From the NCBI GenBank assembly GCA_964657945.1, contig CAZZWM010000001.1:321-64320 (forward strand): a DNA stretch of 64,000 nucleotides. Direction: 5' to 3'. How positions within the stretch are numbered: the stretch's first letter is position 1; every line of letters starts with the position of its first letter. The notes beneath the pieces are model-generated. The model had not been told where the DNA came from and did not search any database. It was given only the letters and a program-made list of their open reading frames with translations. The position numbers were made by a program, and so were the translations under genes. Positions 1-8,920 of this stretch are shown in pieces. Source of the DNA: an uncultured Steroidobacteraceae bacterium. Its GTDB lineage: Bacteria > Pseudomonadota > Gammaproteobacteria > Steroidobacterales > Steroidobacteraceae.

Positions 1-1352
1 TGTAGTTTGACGGACACGGCGGCGAGGGTCTCGACAACCGACTCCAGATCAATGCAGTCGCGCGCCCAGGCGACCACGTGCATGCCGTAATGCGAGGGAA
101 TCGGGTCTAGCGAATCCGCGAAGTCGCGCTTCAGTAAATCGATCAGCAACTTCCGTCTTTTCAGGTAGACATGACGCATCTTGCGCAAATGATGGGTCAG
201 ATGGCCGTCGCGGATAAAGGCACTGACGCCAGTTTGAAGCGGCGTCGAACAATGCCAGTCTAGGCAGTTTTTCGCCGCAACCAGGGTGCGACGCGCCCAT
301 TCTGGCACTACCACGAAGCCCAGGCGTAATGACGGAAGCATGCACTTCGAAAAAGTACCGACATAGAAGACGACGTCGGCAGGATCCGTGGCACGCAGAG
401 ATTGTAGCGGGCTGTCGCCGTAGCGGAATTCGCCGTCGTAGTCGTCTTCCACGATAACGGCGCCGTGCTCACGCGCAAAATTGACCAACGCGGCGCGACG
501 ACGCTTCGACATCGTTACGCCAAGAGGAAATTGGTGCGACGGACAGACGCAAATCACGCCTGTGTTCGGCGACAGGCGGTCCACGATGAGTCCCTCCTCA
601 TCCACGGGTATTGTTTCAATCTTGGCGCCGACCGCAGCGAAGGCGACGCGCATTGGCGGGTAGCCCGGATCCTCGACTGCCACGACGGTCTTGCCGGGTG
701 TTACGAGGATTCGGGCCAGCAAGTCAAAGGCCTGCTGCGCACCCGACGTGACCACGACGTCTTCGGGCCGGCACACGACGGCTCGGGTCAGCGCAATATG
801 ATTGGTGATCGCTTCGCGCAAGTGGAAGTTACCCTGGTTGCCTTGCGGACTCTTGAAGGAAGCCGGTTTTTTCTCGAGACCACGGAGTTGTCCTGCGCTG
901 ACTCGACGATAGATGTCAAACGGAAATAGTCGGGGATCGATCAAGGCAGGGCGGAAATCGATTGGCACTGAAGCAGATGAGGTAGCGCTGGGCTGATCCC
1001 GCCAGAATCCCATGGCGGTCGATACGTCCTCTTGCAACCAGAAGGGGTTTAGGGGGTAAGCATGTCGGAATGCGGGTTTTTTACGTCTTGCCGGTGTTCG
1101 TGTGGAAACAAACGTGCCCGAACCGCGGTGTGCGATAACCAGCCCTTCATTCGACAAGCGGTCGTAGACATCCGCCACCGTATTGCGCGATACACCAAAG
1201 ATCGCGGCCGACTGGCGACTCGCAGGCAGCCGAGCCCCAGCTGCGAGTCGGCCGTCTTTAATGGCCTCCTTCAGCTGCCGGTACAGGCTGATCGTTCGCT
1301 TACGCGACCGCCGATCGGCAGGTTCCAGTTCGATCTCAAAGAGGGGATCCAT
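1..1352 (-). CDS. MocR-type transcriptional regulator (GntR wHTH + fold-type I PLP aminotransferase-like domain); 3' end cut by window edge
   Basis: Not in the ORF track because it runs off the window. My reverse translation from ATG 1352 reads MDPLFEIELEPADRRSRKRTISLYRQLKEAIKDGRLAAGARLPASRQSAAIFGVSRNTVADVYDRLSNEGL (GntR HTH), then ...VVTSGAQQAFDLLARIL...VEDPGYPP...FYVGTFSKCMLPSLRLGFVVVP (PLP-Lys SK motif). The frame stays open to position 1. Confidence 0.85.
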   Translation of the reverse strand, partial: MDPLFEIELEPADRRSRKRTISLYRQLKEAIKDGRLAAGARLPASRQSAAIFGVSRNTVADVYDRLSNEGLVIAHRGSGTFVSTRTPARRKKPAFRHAYPLNPFWLQEDVSTAMGFWRDQPSATSSASVPIDFRPALIDPRLFPFDIYRRVSAGQLRGLEKKPASFKSPQGNQGNFHLREAITNHIALTRAVVCRPEDVVVTSGAQQAFDLLARILVTPGKTVVAVEDPGYPPMRVAFAAVGAKIETIPVDEEGLIVDRLSPNTGVICVCPSHQFPLGVTMSKRRRAALVNFAREHGAVIVEDDYDGEFRYGDSPLQSLRATDPADVVFYVGTFSKCMLPSLRLGFVVVPEWARRTLVAAKNCLDWHCSTPLQTGVSAFIRDGHLTHHLRKMRHVYLKRRKLLIDLLKRDFADSLDPIPSHYGMHVVAWARDCIDLESVVETLAAVSVKL

Positions 1353-1450
1353 AAATTGGCCCAGATGAGTTTCCGAAAAGCGGCCCTTTAGTGGCACCGT
1401 ATTCAAAGGATACTTGAGGAATCGCTCTTCATCTATCTGAGGTATGTTCG

Positions 1451-1999
1451 ATGAGATTTGTTCTGTTCGTCGCCCTAGTATTGGTGTTGCTCGCCTGGCA
1501 TCCCGGTTCAGCGCTTGCTGCCGAGTTGCGCGACGGCGCACATGATTTCGACTTCAATTTCGGTACTTGGCACACCCATATCAGACGCCAGACCAAGCCG
1601 CTGTCGGGTGCCTCCGAGTTCATTGATCTGGATGGTACCGTGACAGTACGCAAGGTGTGGGACGGTCGGGCCCAACTCGAGGAAATTGAAACCGACGGCC
1701 CTAACGGTCACTGGCAGGGGATGACTCTGTTCCTCTATAACCCCCAGGCTCATCAGTGGAGTCAGACGTTTGCCAACAGCAAGAATGGCGCGCTGCAGCC
1801 ATCCTTGATCGGATCGTTCAAGGACGGCAAGGGCGAACTCTATTCGCAGGATACCGACAACGGGCGCACCATATTGATCCGCGCCACGTGGTCGAACATC
1901 AAGCCAGACTCGCATCATTTTCAAGAGGACTACTCAGAGGACGGCGGTAGGAGCTGGGAACCCGTGTTCATTGCCGATCTGACTCGCGTGAAGCCATGA
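1451..1999 (+). CDS. secreted protein of unknown function, paralog A
   Basis: 182-aa ORF starting at ATG, with GAGG about 9 nt upstream. Signal peptide MRFVLFVALVLVLLAWHPGSALA. Clear paralog of the next ORF (shared DFDFxFGxWxTH, PLxGS, DG, Q(Q/H)W, DgG..WE). I do not recognise a named family. Confidence 0.75.
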   Translation: MRFVLFVALVLVLLAWHPGSALAAELRDGAHDFDFNFGTWHTHIRRQTKPLSGASEFIDLDGTVTVRKVWDGRAQLEEIETDGPNGHWQGMTLFLYNPQAHQWSQTFANSKNGALQPSLIGSFKDGKGELYSQDTDNGRTILIRATWSNIKPDSHHFQEDYSEDGGRSWEPVFIADLTRVKP

Positions 2000-2583
2000 C
2001 CGGCTCCCTTGCGCTTTGCGCATTACTCGTTGCCATGCCAGCGATTGGCTTCGCCGATGAGGCGGGAGGTGCGCACGCGATGGATTTCGATTTTGGCTGC
2101 TGGAAAACGCATTCTTCGCGGCTCATGCACCCCTTGACCGGCTCAACCGAGTGGAAGGACATGGACGGCTACACAGTCGTCAAACCAATCTGGAATGGCA
2201 GCGCAAACATCGCCGAATACAAAGGCGCCGGACCCGCTGGCGAGGTCGAGCTTCTCGCTCTGCGCACTTACGATCCCACGACCCAGCAGTGGTATTTGAA
2301 CTTCTCCCACCCCAGCAGCGGCAAGTTGGACGTGCCCGGCGTGGGAGTGGCGAACAACGGGCGGATCGATTTTTACGACCAAGAGACTCTCAATGGAAAA
2401 GCGATCTGGGTGCGCTTCTCGATTTGGGGCATCAGCCCGGATACCGCCCAGTCCGAACAGGCGTTCTCCGTGGACGCAGGTAAGAAATGGGAGGCGAACT
2501 GGGTGAACCATTACACGAGGGTAAGAACGATAGGAGGGCAAATCGCCTATCCGGACTCCCCCTTAAGATGCGGTCAACTGTAG
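1996..2583 (+). CDS. secreted protein of unknown function, paralog B
   Basis: 195-aa ORF. Its start overlaps the stop of paralog A in ATGA (1996-1999). Signal peptide MTGSLALCALLVAMPAIGFA. About one third of residues are identical to paralog A by eye. Confidence 0.75.
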   Translation: MTGSLALCALLVAMPAIGFADEAGGAHAMDFDFGCWKTHSSRLMHPLTGSTEWKDMDGYTVVKPIWNGSANIAEYKGAGPAGEVELLALRTYDPTTQQWYLNFSHPSSGKLDVPGVGVANNGRIDFYDQETLNGKAIWVRFSIWGISPDTAQSEQAFSVDAGKKWEANWVNHYTRVRTIGGQIAYPDSPLRCGQL

Positions 2584-2668
2584 TCGCGCACGGGCGGTAG
2601 CGCACGGACAATACCTCAATACGCCGATACCTTGGTCTTCGGCCGAATTAGCAGATAGAGATCACTGC

Positions 2669-4297
2669 GTGGAACCGCGAACAACATCAATGAGCGCGAA
2701 TCCGACCAAACTAGATCCGCGTGAAGAGCATTTTCGCATTCTGTCTCCTGAGTCGAACCTCGAGTTGTTTCTTAGATACCTACCGACATTACGCCCAGAC
2801 GGTGCAGGCCAACGATCCGTGCTTTACCTGCACGGCGCCACCTTTCCTTCCGCGGTCTCAATAGCGCACCGAATCAACGGGCGCTCTTGGCGCGATGCGC
2901 TTTGTGATGTGGGCTTCGATGTCTGGGGTCTGGACTTTCTTGGTTTCGGAGAGGCCGATCGATATCCGGAAATGCAGGAGGTCGCCACGGCGCACAGCCC
3001 TTTGCTTCTCGCGAAAGTCGCGGCGGACCAAGTCGCGGCTGCGGTCCGTTTCATCGCGGAACATAACGACGTTCCTGCAGTCTCCCTGATCACGCACAGC
3101 TGGGCCTCGATGCCCGCCGGGCTATTCGCGGCCGCCCATCCCACTCTGGTCGAACGCATTGTGATGTTTGCGCCACTCGCGCAACGAAACGGGCCCCGCT
3201 ACGTTCCAAGGCCCGATGCGCCCGCTTGGAAACTCGTTAACCTTGAGGACCAATGGGCTCGCTTCACCGAGGATGTACCGGAGAACGAGCCACCCGTGCT
3301 CTCGCGAGATGATTTCGCCCTGTGGGGTGAGGCCTACCTTGACAGCGATGCCCACGCTCGAGGACGCCATCCGCCTGCCGTGAAGACACCGACCGGGCCG
3401 CTCGTGGAGATCCTGCGCGCTTGGCATGGTGAGCTCGCTTGGCAACCGGAAGCTATTCAGGCGCCTACCTGCATCATCCGCGGAGGCTGGGACGGTCTGG
3501 TCACCGACGAGGACGCCAAATGGCTGTTCGACCGATTGAGCCGTGCAGGCGAGCGCCGTGACGTAAAGATCGGCCGCGGCACGCATCTTATGCACCTCGA
3601 AGAGATGCGCACGGCGCTTTGGCGCGAAAGCATCGCTTTTCTGAAACTCGATATGCCAGCTGAACATCAAGCCACGACACGAGACAAAGCTATGCAAGAC
3701 CATCGCATCGCCAACGACCTTCCAGGCTACAACCCCGGTGCTACCGAGGTGGCGAAATCGCCGATCTCGATGGAGGAGCTGAATCAGATTAAAGCGTCCG
3801 CGCTGTTCACGGACGAGGATGTGGTCTATCTGCGGCTGTCTTACGAGGTACTAAAAGACCAAGCGGAGGAACTTGTAATCATGTGGCGCGGAATCATTGC
3901 GCAGCACAAACATCTCGCCAGCTACGGCCTTGACTGCAAGACGGGAATGCCCGACAAGGAATACGGCAACGCCGTTGGTAAACGCTTCGCCCAATGGGTA
4001 CTGGACACTGCGCGGGCCGAATACGACCAGGTCTGGCTCGACTACCAGTATGAGATCGGCCTTCGCCATCATCGAACGAAGAAGAATCAAACGGATCACG
4101 CAAACGCGGCACCGCATATCAAAGGGCGCGATCTGATCGCATTTGCCGCCGCGACTGTTGCTCCGATGCGGCCCTATTTTGAGAAGGGCGGGCAGTCGGC
4201 GGAGACCGTGCTACGCATGCAGGACGCCTGGTGGAAGTCGATGATCCTGCAGGTCACCCTCTGGTCTCAGCCGTATATGAATCAGGGCGATTTCTGA
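2669..4297 (+). CDS. alpha/beta-hydrolase fused to a C-terminal protoglobin (heme globin) domain
   Basis: 542-aa ORF with a GTG start; an alternative ATG lies at 2690. N-terminal part: HGATFP, nucleophile elbow ITHSWA (Ser144), GGWDGLV, GRGTHLMHLE. C-terminal aa ~350-542: LPGY...FTDEDVVYLR...WLDYQYEIGLRHHRTKKNQTD...LQVTLWSQPYMNQGDF. From memory this matches Methanosarcina protoglobin almost end to end. Confidence 0.85.
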   Translation: MEPRTTSMSANPTKLDPREEHFRILSPESNLELFLRYLPTLRPDGAGQRSVLYLHGATFPSAVSIAHRINGRSWRDALCDVGFDVWGLDFLGFGEADRYPEMQEVATAHSPLLLAKVAADQVAAAVRFIAEHNDVPAVSLITHSWASMPAGLFAAAHPTLVERIVMFAPLAQRNGPRYVPRPDAPAWKLVNLEDQWARFTEDVPENEPPVLSRDDFALWGEAYLDSDAHARGRHPPAVKTPTGPLVEILRAWHGELAWQPEAIQAPTCIIRGGWDGLVTDEDAKWLFDRLSRAGERRDVKIGRGTHLMHLEEMRTALWRESIAFLKLDMPAEHQATTRDKAMQDHRIANDLPGYNPGATEVAKSPISMEELNQIKASALFTDEDVVYLRLSYEVLKDQAEELVIMWRGIIAQHKHLASYGLDCKTGMPDKEYGNAVGKRFAQWVLDTARAEYDQVWLDYQYEIGLRHHRTKKNQTDHANAAPHIKGRDLIAFAAATVAPMRPYFEKGGQSAETVLRMQDAWWKSMILQVTLWSQPYMNQGDF

Positions 4298-4382
4298 GCC
4301 TCGACCGCTCGATCCGCCGACCCTGTCAACGGTTCAATTTCAGCAACGTCAGCAACGCCATAACGACCTACGGAGTTCCGCC

Positions 4383-5177
4383 ATGCGCACACCCATATTT
4401 CATATTGACGCCTTCACTTCGCGTGCGCTCACAGGTAATCCCGCCGCGGTGATGCCGATGGATGGCTTCCTACCCGATGCGCTACTCCAGGCGATTGCCG
4501 AAGAAAACAATCTGGGCGATACCGCCTTTCTGGTTCCAGAGGGGGACAACTATCGCCTGCGATGGTTCACACCCACAACCGAGATGCCGCTGTGCGGGCA
4601 CGGCACCTTGGCAAGCGCCGCGGTCGTCATGGAGCGACTTCAGGTCGGCCGAAAGCAGGTGACCTTCCAGTCAGCGAGTGGCCCCATCAGCGTGCGTCGT
4701 ACAGGGACAGGTTACCGCATGAATCTGCCGGCCCGACGCTCCGAGACGCTTGCCCCACCGCTGCCGGATTTAGCCCTGGCGGTCGGCGTCAGTCCACTCG
4801 AGGTGGCGACAGATGCCTTCAACTACATTGCTCTATTGAAGAGTGCCGAGGAAGTGCGCAATCTCGAGCCCGACCTGGCAGCGATTTCGCGCTTGGATCG
4901 TGACGGTGTAATCGTGACCGCCGTGGGCGATGGCGATGGGGATGTCGATTTCGTTAGCCGTTACTTCGCCCCGTTGAAGGGCGTCCCGGAGGACCCGGTG
5001 ACCGGAGGTGCGCATTGTGCATTGGCGCCGTTTTGGGCCAAGCGCTTGAACAAAACGGAATTTCGCGCGCTTCAAGTTTCACGCCGCGGCGGAGAAGTTA
5101 AATGCCGACTGGTCGGCGAGCGAGTCGAGCTAGAAGGTGGCTGCGTGTTTTACTTGGAGGGCGAAGTGGAGATCTGA
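4383..5177 (+). CDS. PhzF-family isomerase-like protein
   Basis: 264 aa with GGAG 7 nt upstream. Motifs FHIDAFTSRALTGNPAAV, DTAFLVPEG..YRLRWFTPTTEMPLCGHGTLASA and PVTGGAHCALAPFW are typical of the PhzF/YddE fold. Confidence 0.85.
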   Translation: MRTPIFHIDAFTSRALTGNPAAVMPMDGFLPDALLQAIAEENNLGDTAFLVPEGDNYRLRWFTPTTEMPLCGHGTLASAAVVMERLQVGRKQVTFQSASGPISVRRTGTGYRMNLPARRSETLAPPLPDLALAVGVSPLEVATDAFNYIALLKSAEEVRNLEPDLAAISRLDRDGVIVTAVGDGDGDVDFVSRYFAPLKGVPEDPVTGGAHCALAPFWAKRLNKTEFRALQVSRRGGEVKCRLVGERVELEGGCVFYLEGEVEI

Positions 5178-5281
5178 GAGTGAGCAACCGGCGGCGGATG
5201 TTTGGCGACACAGGATTTGGCGCGGTGTATCGTGGAACGATTGGTCGGCGGTGCTGCGGCCCAAGCAGTGCTCCAGTGAAG

Positions 5282-6664
5282 TTACGCGCTGATGGCCGCG
5301 ATCAAATAGCGTCCGAATATATTGGCCAAGACTGCAATGATCAGGGAGGCTCCTACGAGTGGAAATAGGACGCCAACGGCAACGACAATGGTCACGAAAC
5401 CTTTGCCGGCACCGGGAAAATCCGGAGCGGGAGGAACTCCCAACCAGCCCGCGGGCCTGCGTTTCCACCACATCGTTACCGCCGCAACGGCGAGAAGCAC
5501 AATCGCAACACAGCCCAGGAGCATGATGTATCGATTGATAGCACCGAATTCCAGACCTTGGTGCACGGCGATGCCCCACTCGATCGATTTGGCGATGGGA
5601 CCGAAATCCTTGAACCCGACATCGCCCAATAGGGCGCCAGTGTACTGATCGAGGTATACGACGCGAGTCTCTTCGGCACGGTCGGGACGCCAGTTGGCCA
5701 CATACGCCCCGTGAGGGCCTTCCGGCAGAGTGATGCTCGCGCCGGGGTTAACCCCGAGCTGACGGAATCGGATGAGCGCTGAATCGAGGCTGATCGGCTC
5801 ACGGCGGAATGCAGGGGGTTCTGAATGGGGTGGTGTCGCCTGTTCCATTGCCCACGGCAGTGCACTCGGAACATGACCGGCATGTGTGTGCGGCGTGTGG
5901 GGCATGTTCGGCATCGTGGCGGTCATCTGCCATGCAGGCGTGACCTCGGCCGGCGGCGCCGGCTCGCTCAAGTGTTTTTCCGTCGCCCAGCGTTGGATGT
6001 GATCGCCCCAGAACATCGACCACGGCATACCGGTGATGGCCAGAAATAAAATCAGCACGCTCGCGATTGCCCCGGTCACCGCGTGAAGATCGCGCCAGAA
6101 GAGGCGGCTCTTAGGCGAGCCGCGCACCGTCACGACGCCGCCCGACGATCCCCGCGGCCACCAGAGAAAAAGGCCGGTGCCCGCCAATATCATGGTCCAT
6201 CCGGCAGTGATTTCGATCAGGCAACTTGCCCAGAACCCAAACTTCTGCAAACTGTGGACCTTGCGCACGACTTGCATGATTCCGCCGTAGCTGGTCGAGC
6301 CGGTTACATGACCGTCGTAGGGATCGGCGAACACCGTGCGCACCTCGCCATCGGACACTCGAGCTAAGGTCCGGACTGCCGCGGTCGGTCCTTGAGACGG
6401 GATGAACTCGAGCACGCGAGCATTCAGCGACTCCTCAACGCGTGCCACGACGGCACTTGCTGGCGCCAGCGGTTGGGTCCGGGCGGGTACATCTTCCATA
6501 CCTCGATACAAAAACTGATCCAGTTCGGGCTTGAAGAGATAGGCGCCGCCGGTAATGGCCATCATGACGAGAAACGGCAGCACCAAGAGGCCTGCAAAGA
6601 AGTGCCAGCGCCAAACGACCCGGTATAGAGAGGCTATCGCAGCAGGCTTTGATGTGTCAGTCAT
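5282..6664 (-). CDS. PepSY-associated TM-helix protein (PiuB/FoxB-like putative periplasmic metal or siderophore reductase)
   Basis: The track ORF extends to 7108 but would overlap the upstream receptor. Internal ATG 6664 (MTDTSKPAAIASLYRVVWRWHFFAGLL) sits 12 nt after the receptor stop. There are four TM segments with conserved His (WHFF, VHSLQKFG, LHAVTG, AVHQGLEFG). Confidence 0.8.
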   Translation of the reverse strand: MTDTSKPAAIASLYRVVWRWHFFAGLLVLPFLVMMAITGGAYLFKPELDQFLYRGMEDVPARTQPLAPASAVVARVEESLNARVLEFIPSQGPTAAVRTLARVSDGEVRTVFADPYDGHVTGSTSYGGIMQVVRKVHSLQKFGFWASCLIEITAGWTMILAGTGLFLWWPRGSSGGVVTVRGSPKSRLFWRDLHAVTGAIASVLILFLAITGMPWSMFWGDHIQRWATEKHLSEPAPPAEVTPAWQMTATMPNMPHTPHTHAGHVPSALPWAMEQATPPHSEPPAFRREPISLDSALIRFRQLGVNPGASITLPEGPHGAYVANWRPDRAEETRVVYLDQYTGALLGDVGFKDFGPIAKSIEWGIAVHQGLEFGAINRYIMLLGCVAIVLLAVAAVTMWWKRRPAGWLGVPPAPDFPGAGKGFVTIVVAVGVLFPLVGASLIIAVLANIFGRYLIAAISA

Positions 6665-6675
6665 GTTGATTTCCC

Positions 6676-8739
6676 TCACCGAAGCGTCAATCTCACGCCG
6701 AACAGCGCCAGGAACGGAGTTCCGTACTCGGGTGGGTTGTAAGGCCCCGGGTTGACGATGTAGTGCCGATCGAAGAGATTTTGGATCCGAAGGTAAACCT
6801 CGACTCCCTGTCGGACAGGATATGTGGCCGCGAGGTCCACCACGAAGTGGGGGTCGGCGGACGCTTGGTAGGGGAAGCCGGGGTTCGTGTGGTCGGCGTT
6901 CGCCCAGGCGGTCGCGGAGATCCAGCGAGCATCGGAGGATAATCGCCAGCCGCTCGGATGCTCGTAAGTCACGGCGCCGGATACGGTGTTTCGAGGAACA
7001 TCGACGAGCTGTTGCCCTACGCTCAAAGGATCGTCGGGGTTGGACTTGTAGACTGATTCCGCCCATGTGTACGCGAGCGTGGTCGAAAACCCACCGCCGA
7101 TGCGCCAATCGACCTCGGCCTCGACGCCCTCCGCGAGCGCGGAGGCCGCATTGACGAGAATACCGCCGTAGAAGAAACCAGGGGGTAGCTGGGAGTCTGA
7201 GAGCGAAGCCGTCGTGATCAGGTTGTTGACGTGCGTGTGGTAATAAGTCACTTGGGATCGAAATCCATGCCCAGTGAAATCAAGCCCGACCTCACCACCC
7301 GATAGCGTCTCGGGCTTGAGGTCCGAGTTGGGGTAGTAGATGCCACCGTTCGAGGCAAAACCACGGTAGAGGTTGTCGAGCGTCGGCGCGCGGAACGCCT
7401 CGTACCAAGCACCGCGCAAGGCCAGCCAGTGGGTCAGCCCATACCGCACACTCACGCGCGGGTCGAATTTCGTGACGCTTTGATTGGGCTCCGGACCCGG
7501 ACCTCCGGGATTGCCGTTGTAACCATCCAAGACTTCGAAATATTGGAGACGCCCGCTTGCCAGGATTTCCATATGAGGGAGCGGCAGGATTGATTGCTGC
7601 AAGAACGCGCCGAGAAAGAGTTGCTCGCCGCGTCCGACATCGGTGCGGATCTGGGTGGTTCCGGTGGCGTCGAAGATCGCGGCGCTATCGGTTCCCTTGA
7701 CATCATTGGCATCCACGCCCGCGGTGAATGCACCCAAGAGACGGTGGAAATCCTGAGCCCACACCAGGGATCCCCCAACATTGTGAAAGGGGGTCGTGTG
7801 GATGTTGTCAATGTGCTCGGTCTGCTCGGACGGAGGCAACGTCGAGTCATTCACCGTCGGGTTATTGGTGACGAAGGTGCTTTCGGAGTAGAACGCGGTC
7901 GCCGACAGAGACGCGTCTGCGGAGAACGACTGCCTGGCATCGAGCACGTAATTCGATGTGTTCTGATTATTGGTATCGAGCGGGGTCCCGAGCTGTTGAT
8001 TGTTCTTGTGGTAATCGAATCGCAGGCCGATCGAGAAGTCGTCGGTGGCCTGCCAGCGGTCTCGGATGTCGAAGTTGCGAGCATTGAAGCTCGTCGGCGT
8101 ATCGAAACCACGCCTCGCGTAATCCGGGACGGCCTGGAATCCGTCCGTTCCGTTGAACGCGGCATCGACACTCACTCGATTGCCGGCACCGACTCCGTAG
8201 GATCCGTAGAGGTTCGAGCGGTATGAGCCGAAACCCCCGCCTGCGGCGTCGGCGATCGCCGTATCCTCGTCTGGATCCCGGGTAATGATGTTGATGACGC
8301 CGCCCATGGCGAAGTTTCCCCACAAGGGACTTCCGCCGCCGCGTACCACCTCGATGTGATCCACCGATTCCATGGGAATTCGGCCCCACTGGACGTAGCC
8401 GAAAAACGGATCATTGAGCGGTACGCCATCCAAGAGAACCAGGGCATGTATGCCGCCGAGTCCCCGCATCGACACATTGTCGGCCGTCGGATGAGCTTCG
8501 ATGCCGCTTTGAATCGGCAGATTGACGCCCGGCACATGGCGCAAGACATCGTCGAGCGACTGCGCCGGCGTATCTTGTACCTCGGTGGCACTAACCACAC
8601 TGGCGCTCTCCGGCAGGTCCGCGAGCGCCCGCGCGCCTCGAGTTGCAGTCACAATCACTTCTTCAAGCTCATCAGCCATCGCGCACTGCATCGCGCAGAC
8701 GCACGCGGTGGCACCCACTAACAAAGTCAAAGCCCTCAT
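6676..8739 (-). CDS. TonB-dependent outer-membrane receptor
   Basis: 687 aa. Signal peptide MRALTLLVGATACVCAMQCAMA, TonB box/plug EEVIVTATR...VVSATEV, plug motifs MRGLGG..LVLLDGVPLNDP and VEVVRGGGSPLWG, and a long beta-barrel. Confidence 0.9.
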   Translation of the reverse strand: MRALTLLVGATACVCAMQCAMADELEEVIVTATRGARALADLPESASVVSATEVQDTPAQSLDDVLRHVPGVNLPIQSGIEAHPTADNVSMRGLGGIHALVLLDGVPLNDPFFGYVQWGRIPMESVDHIEVVRGGGSPLWGNFAMGGVINIITRDPDEDTAIADAAGGGFGSYRSNLYGSYGVGAGNRVSVDAAFNGTDGFQAVPDYARRGFDTPTSFNARNFDIRDRWQATDDFSIGLRFDYHKNNQQLGTPLDTNNQNTSNYVLDARQSFSADASLSATAFYSESTFVTNNPTVNDSTLPPSEQTEHIDNIHTTPFHNVGGSLVWAQDFHRLLGAFTAGVDANDVKGTDSAAIFDATGTTQIRTDVGRGEQLFLGAFLQQSILPLPHMEILASGRLQYFEVLDGYNGNPGGPGPEPNQSVTKFDPRVSVRYGLTHWLALRGAWYEAFRAPTLDNLYRGFASNGGIYYPNSDLKPETLSGGEVGLDFTGHGFRSQVTYYHTHVNNLITTASLSDSQLPPGFFYGGILVNAASALAEGVEAEVDWRIGGGFSTTLAYTWAESVYKSNPDDPLSVGQQLVDVPRNTVSGAVTYEHPSGWRLSSDARWISATAWANADHTNPGFPYQASADPHFVVDLAATYPVRQGVEVYLRIQNLFDRHYIVNPGPYNPPEYGTPFLALFGVRLTLR

Positions 8740-8865
8740 TTCGATTCTCTCTGGCGATCGTCCGCTCCCAAAAGGAAGCTATCCACAATTCGGGCGTGCC
8801 CTGCGTGCCTGGGTCAGGAGCGGCCTCGCGTGAGCGGTTGCCGTCCACACTCGCAGGCAAACATC

Positions 8866-8893
8866 GGCGCGCATGCCTTTGCACGCGCGCGCC
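8866..8893 (-). other. GC-rich hairpin in the 181-nt spacer between the DUF2946-like gene and the TBDR
   Basis: GGCGCGC...GCGCGCC (7-bp perfect stem, 14-nt loop that can pair further). On the minus strand it is followed by GAUGUUUGCC, so it could be an attenuator or processing site. Confidence 0.3.
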
Positions 8894-8920
8894 ACGGATC
8901 ACGGGTTACGGGTCGGGAAA

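Noticed and set aside
5282-7108. Longest-ORF N-terminal extensions in the track. Examples: 5282-7108, 9537-11849, 20806-22215, 23812-24831, 33806-35947, 35944-38703, 41829-43400, 53992-55821, 58170-59477.
   Set aside because: The extensions overlap the upstream gene, are Arg/Pro-rich non-protein-like sequence, and precede internal ATGs that give canonical N-termini or signal peptides. Those internal starts are often in ATGA overlap with the upstream stop, so I used them.
8740-8920. Possible cobalamin or other riboswitch in the 181-nt leader of the TBDR.
   Set aside because: I could not find a B12-box-like core or other riboswitch signature by eye; I see only a GC hairpin. A covariance-model scan would be needed, so it is kept only as a hairpin feature.
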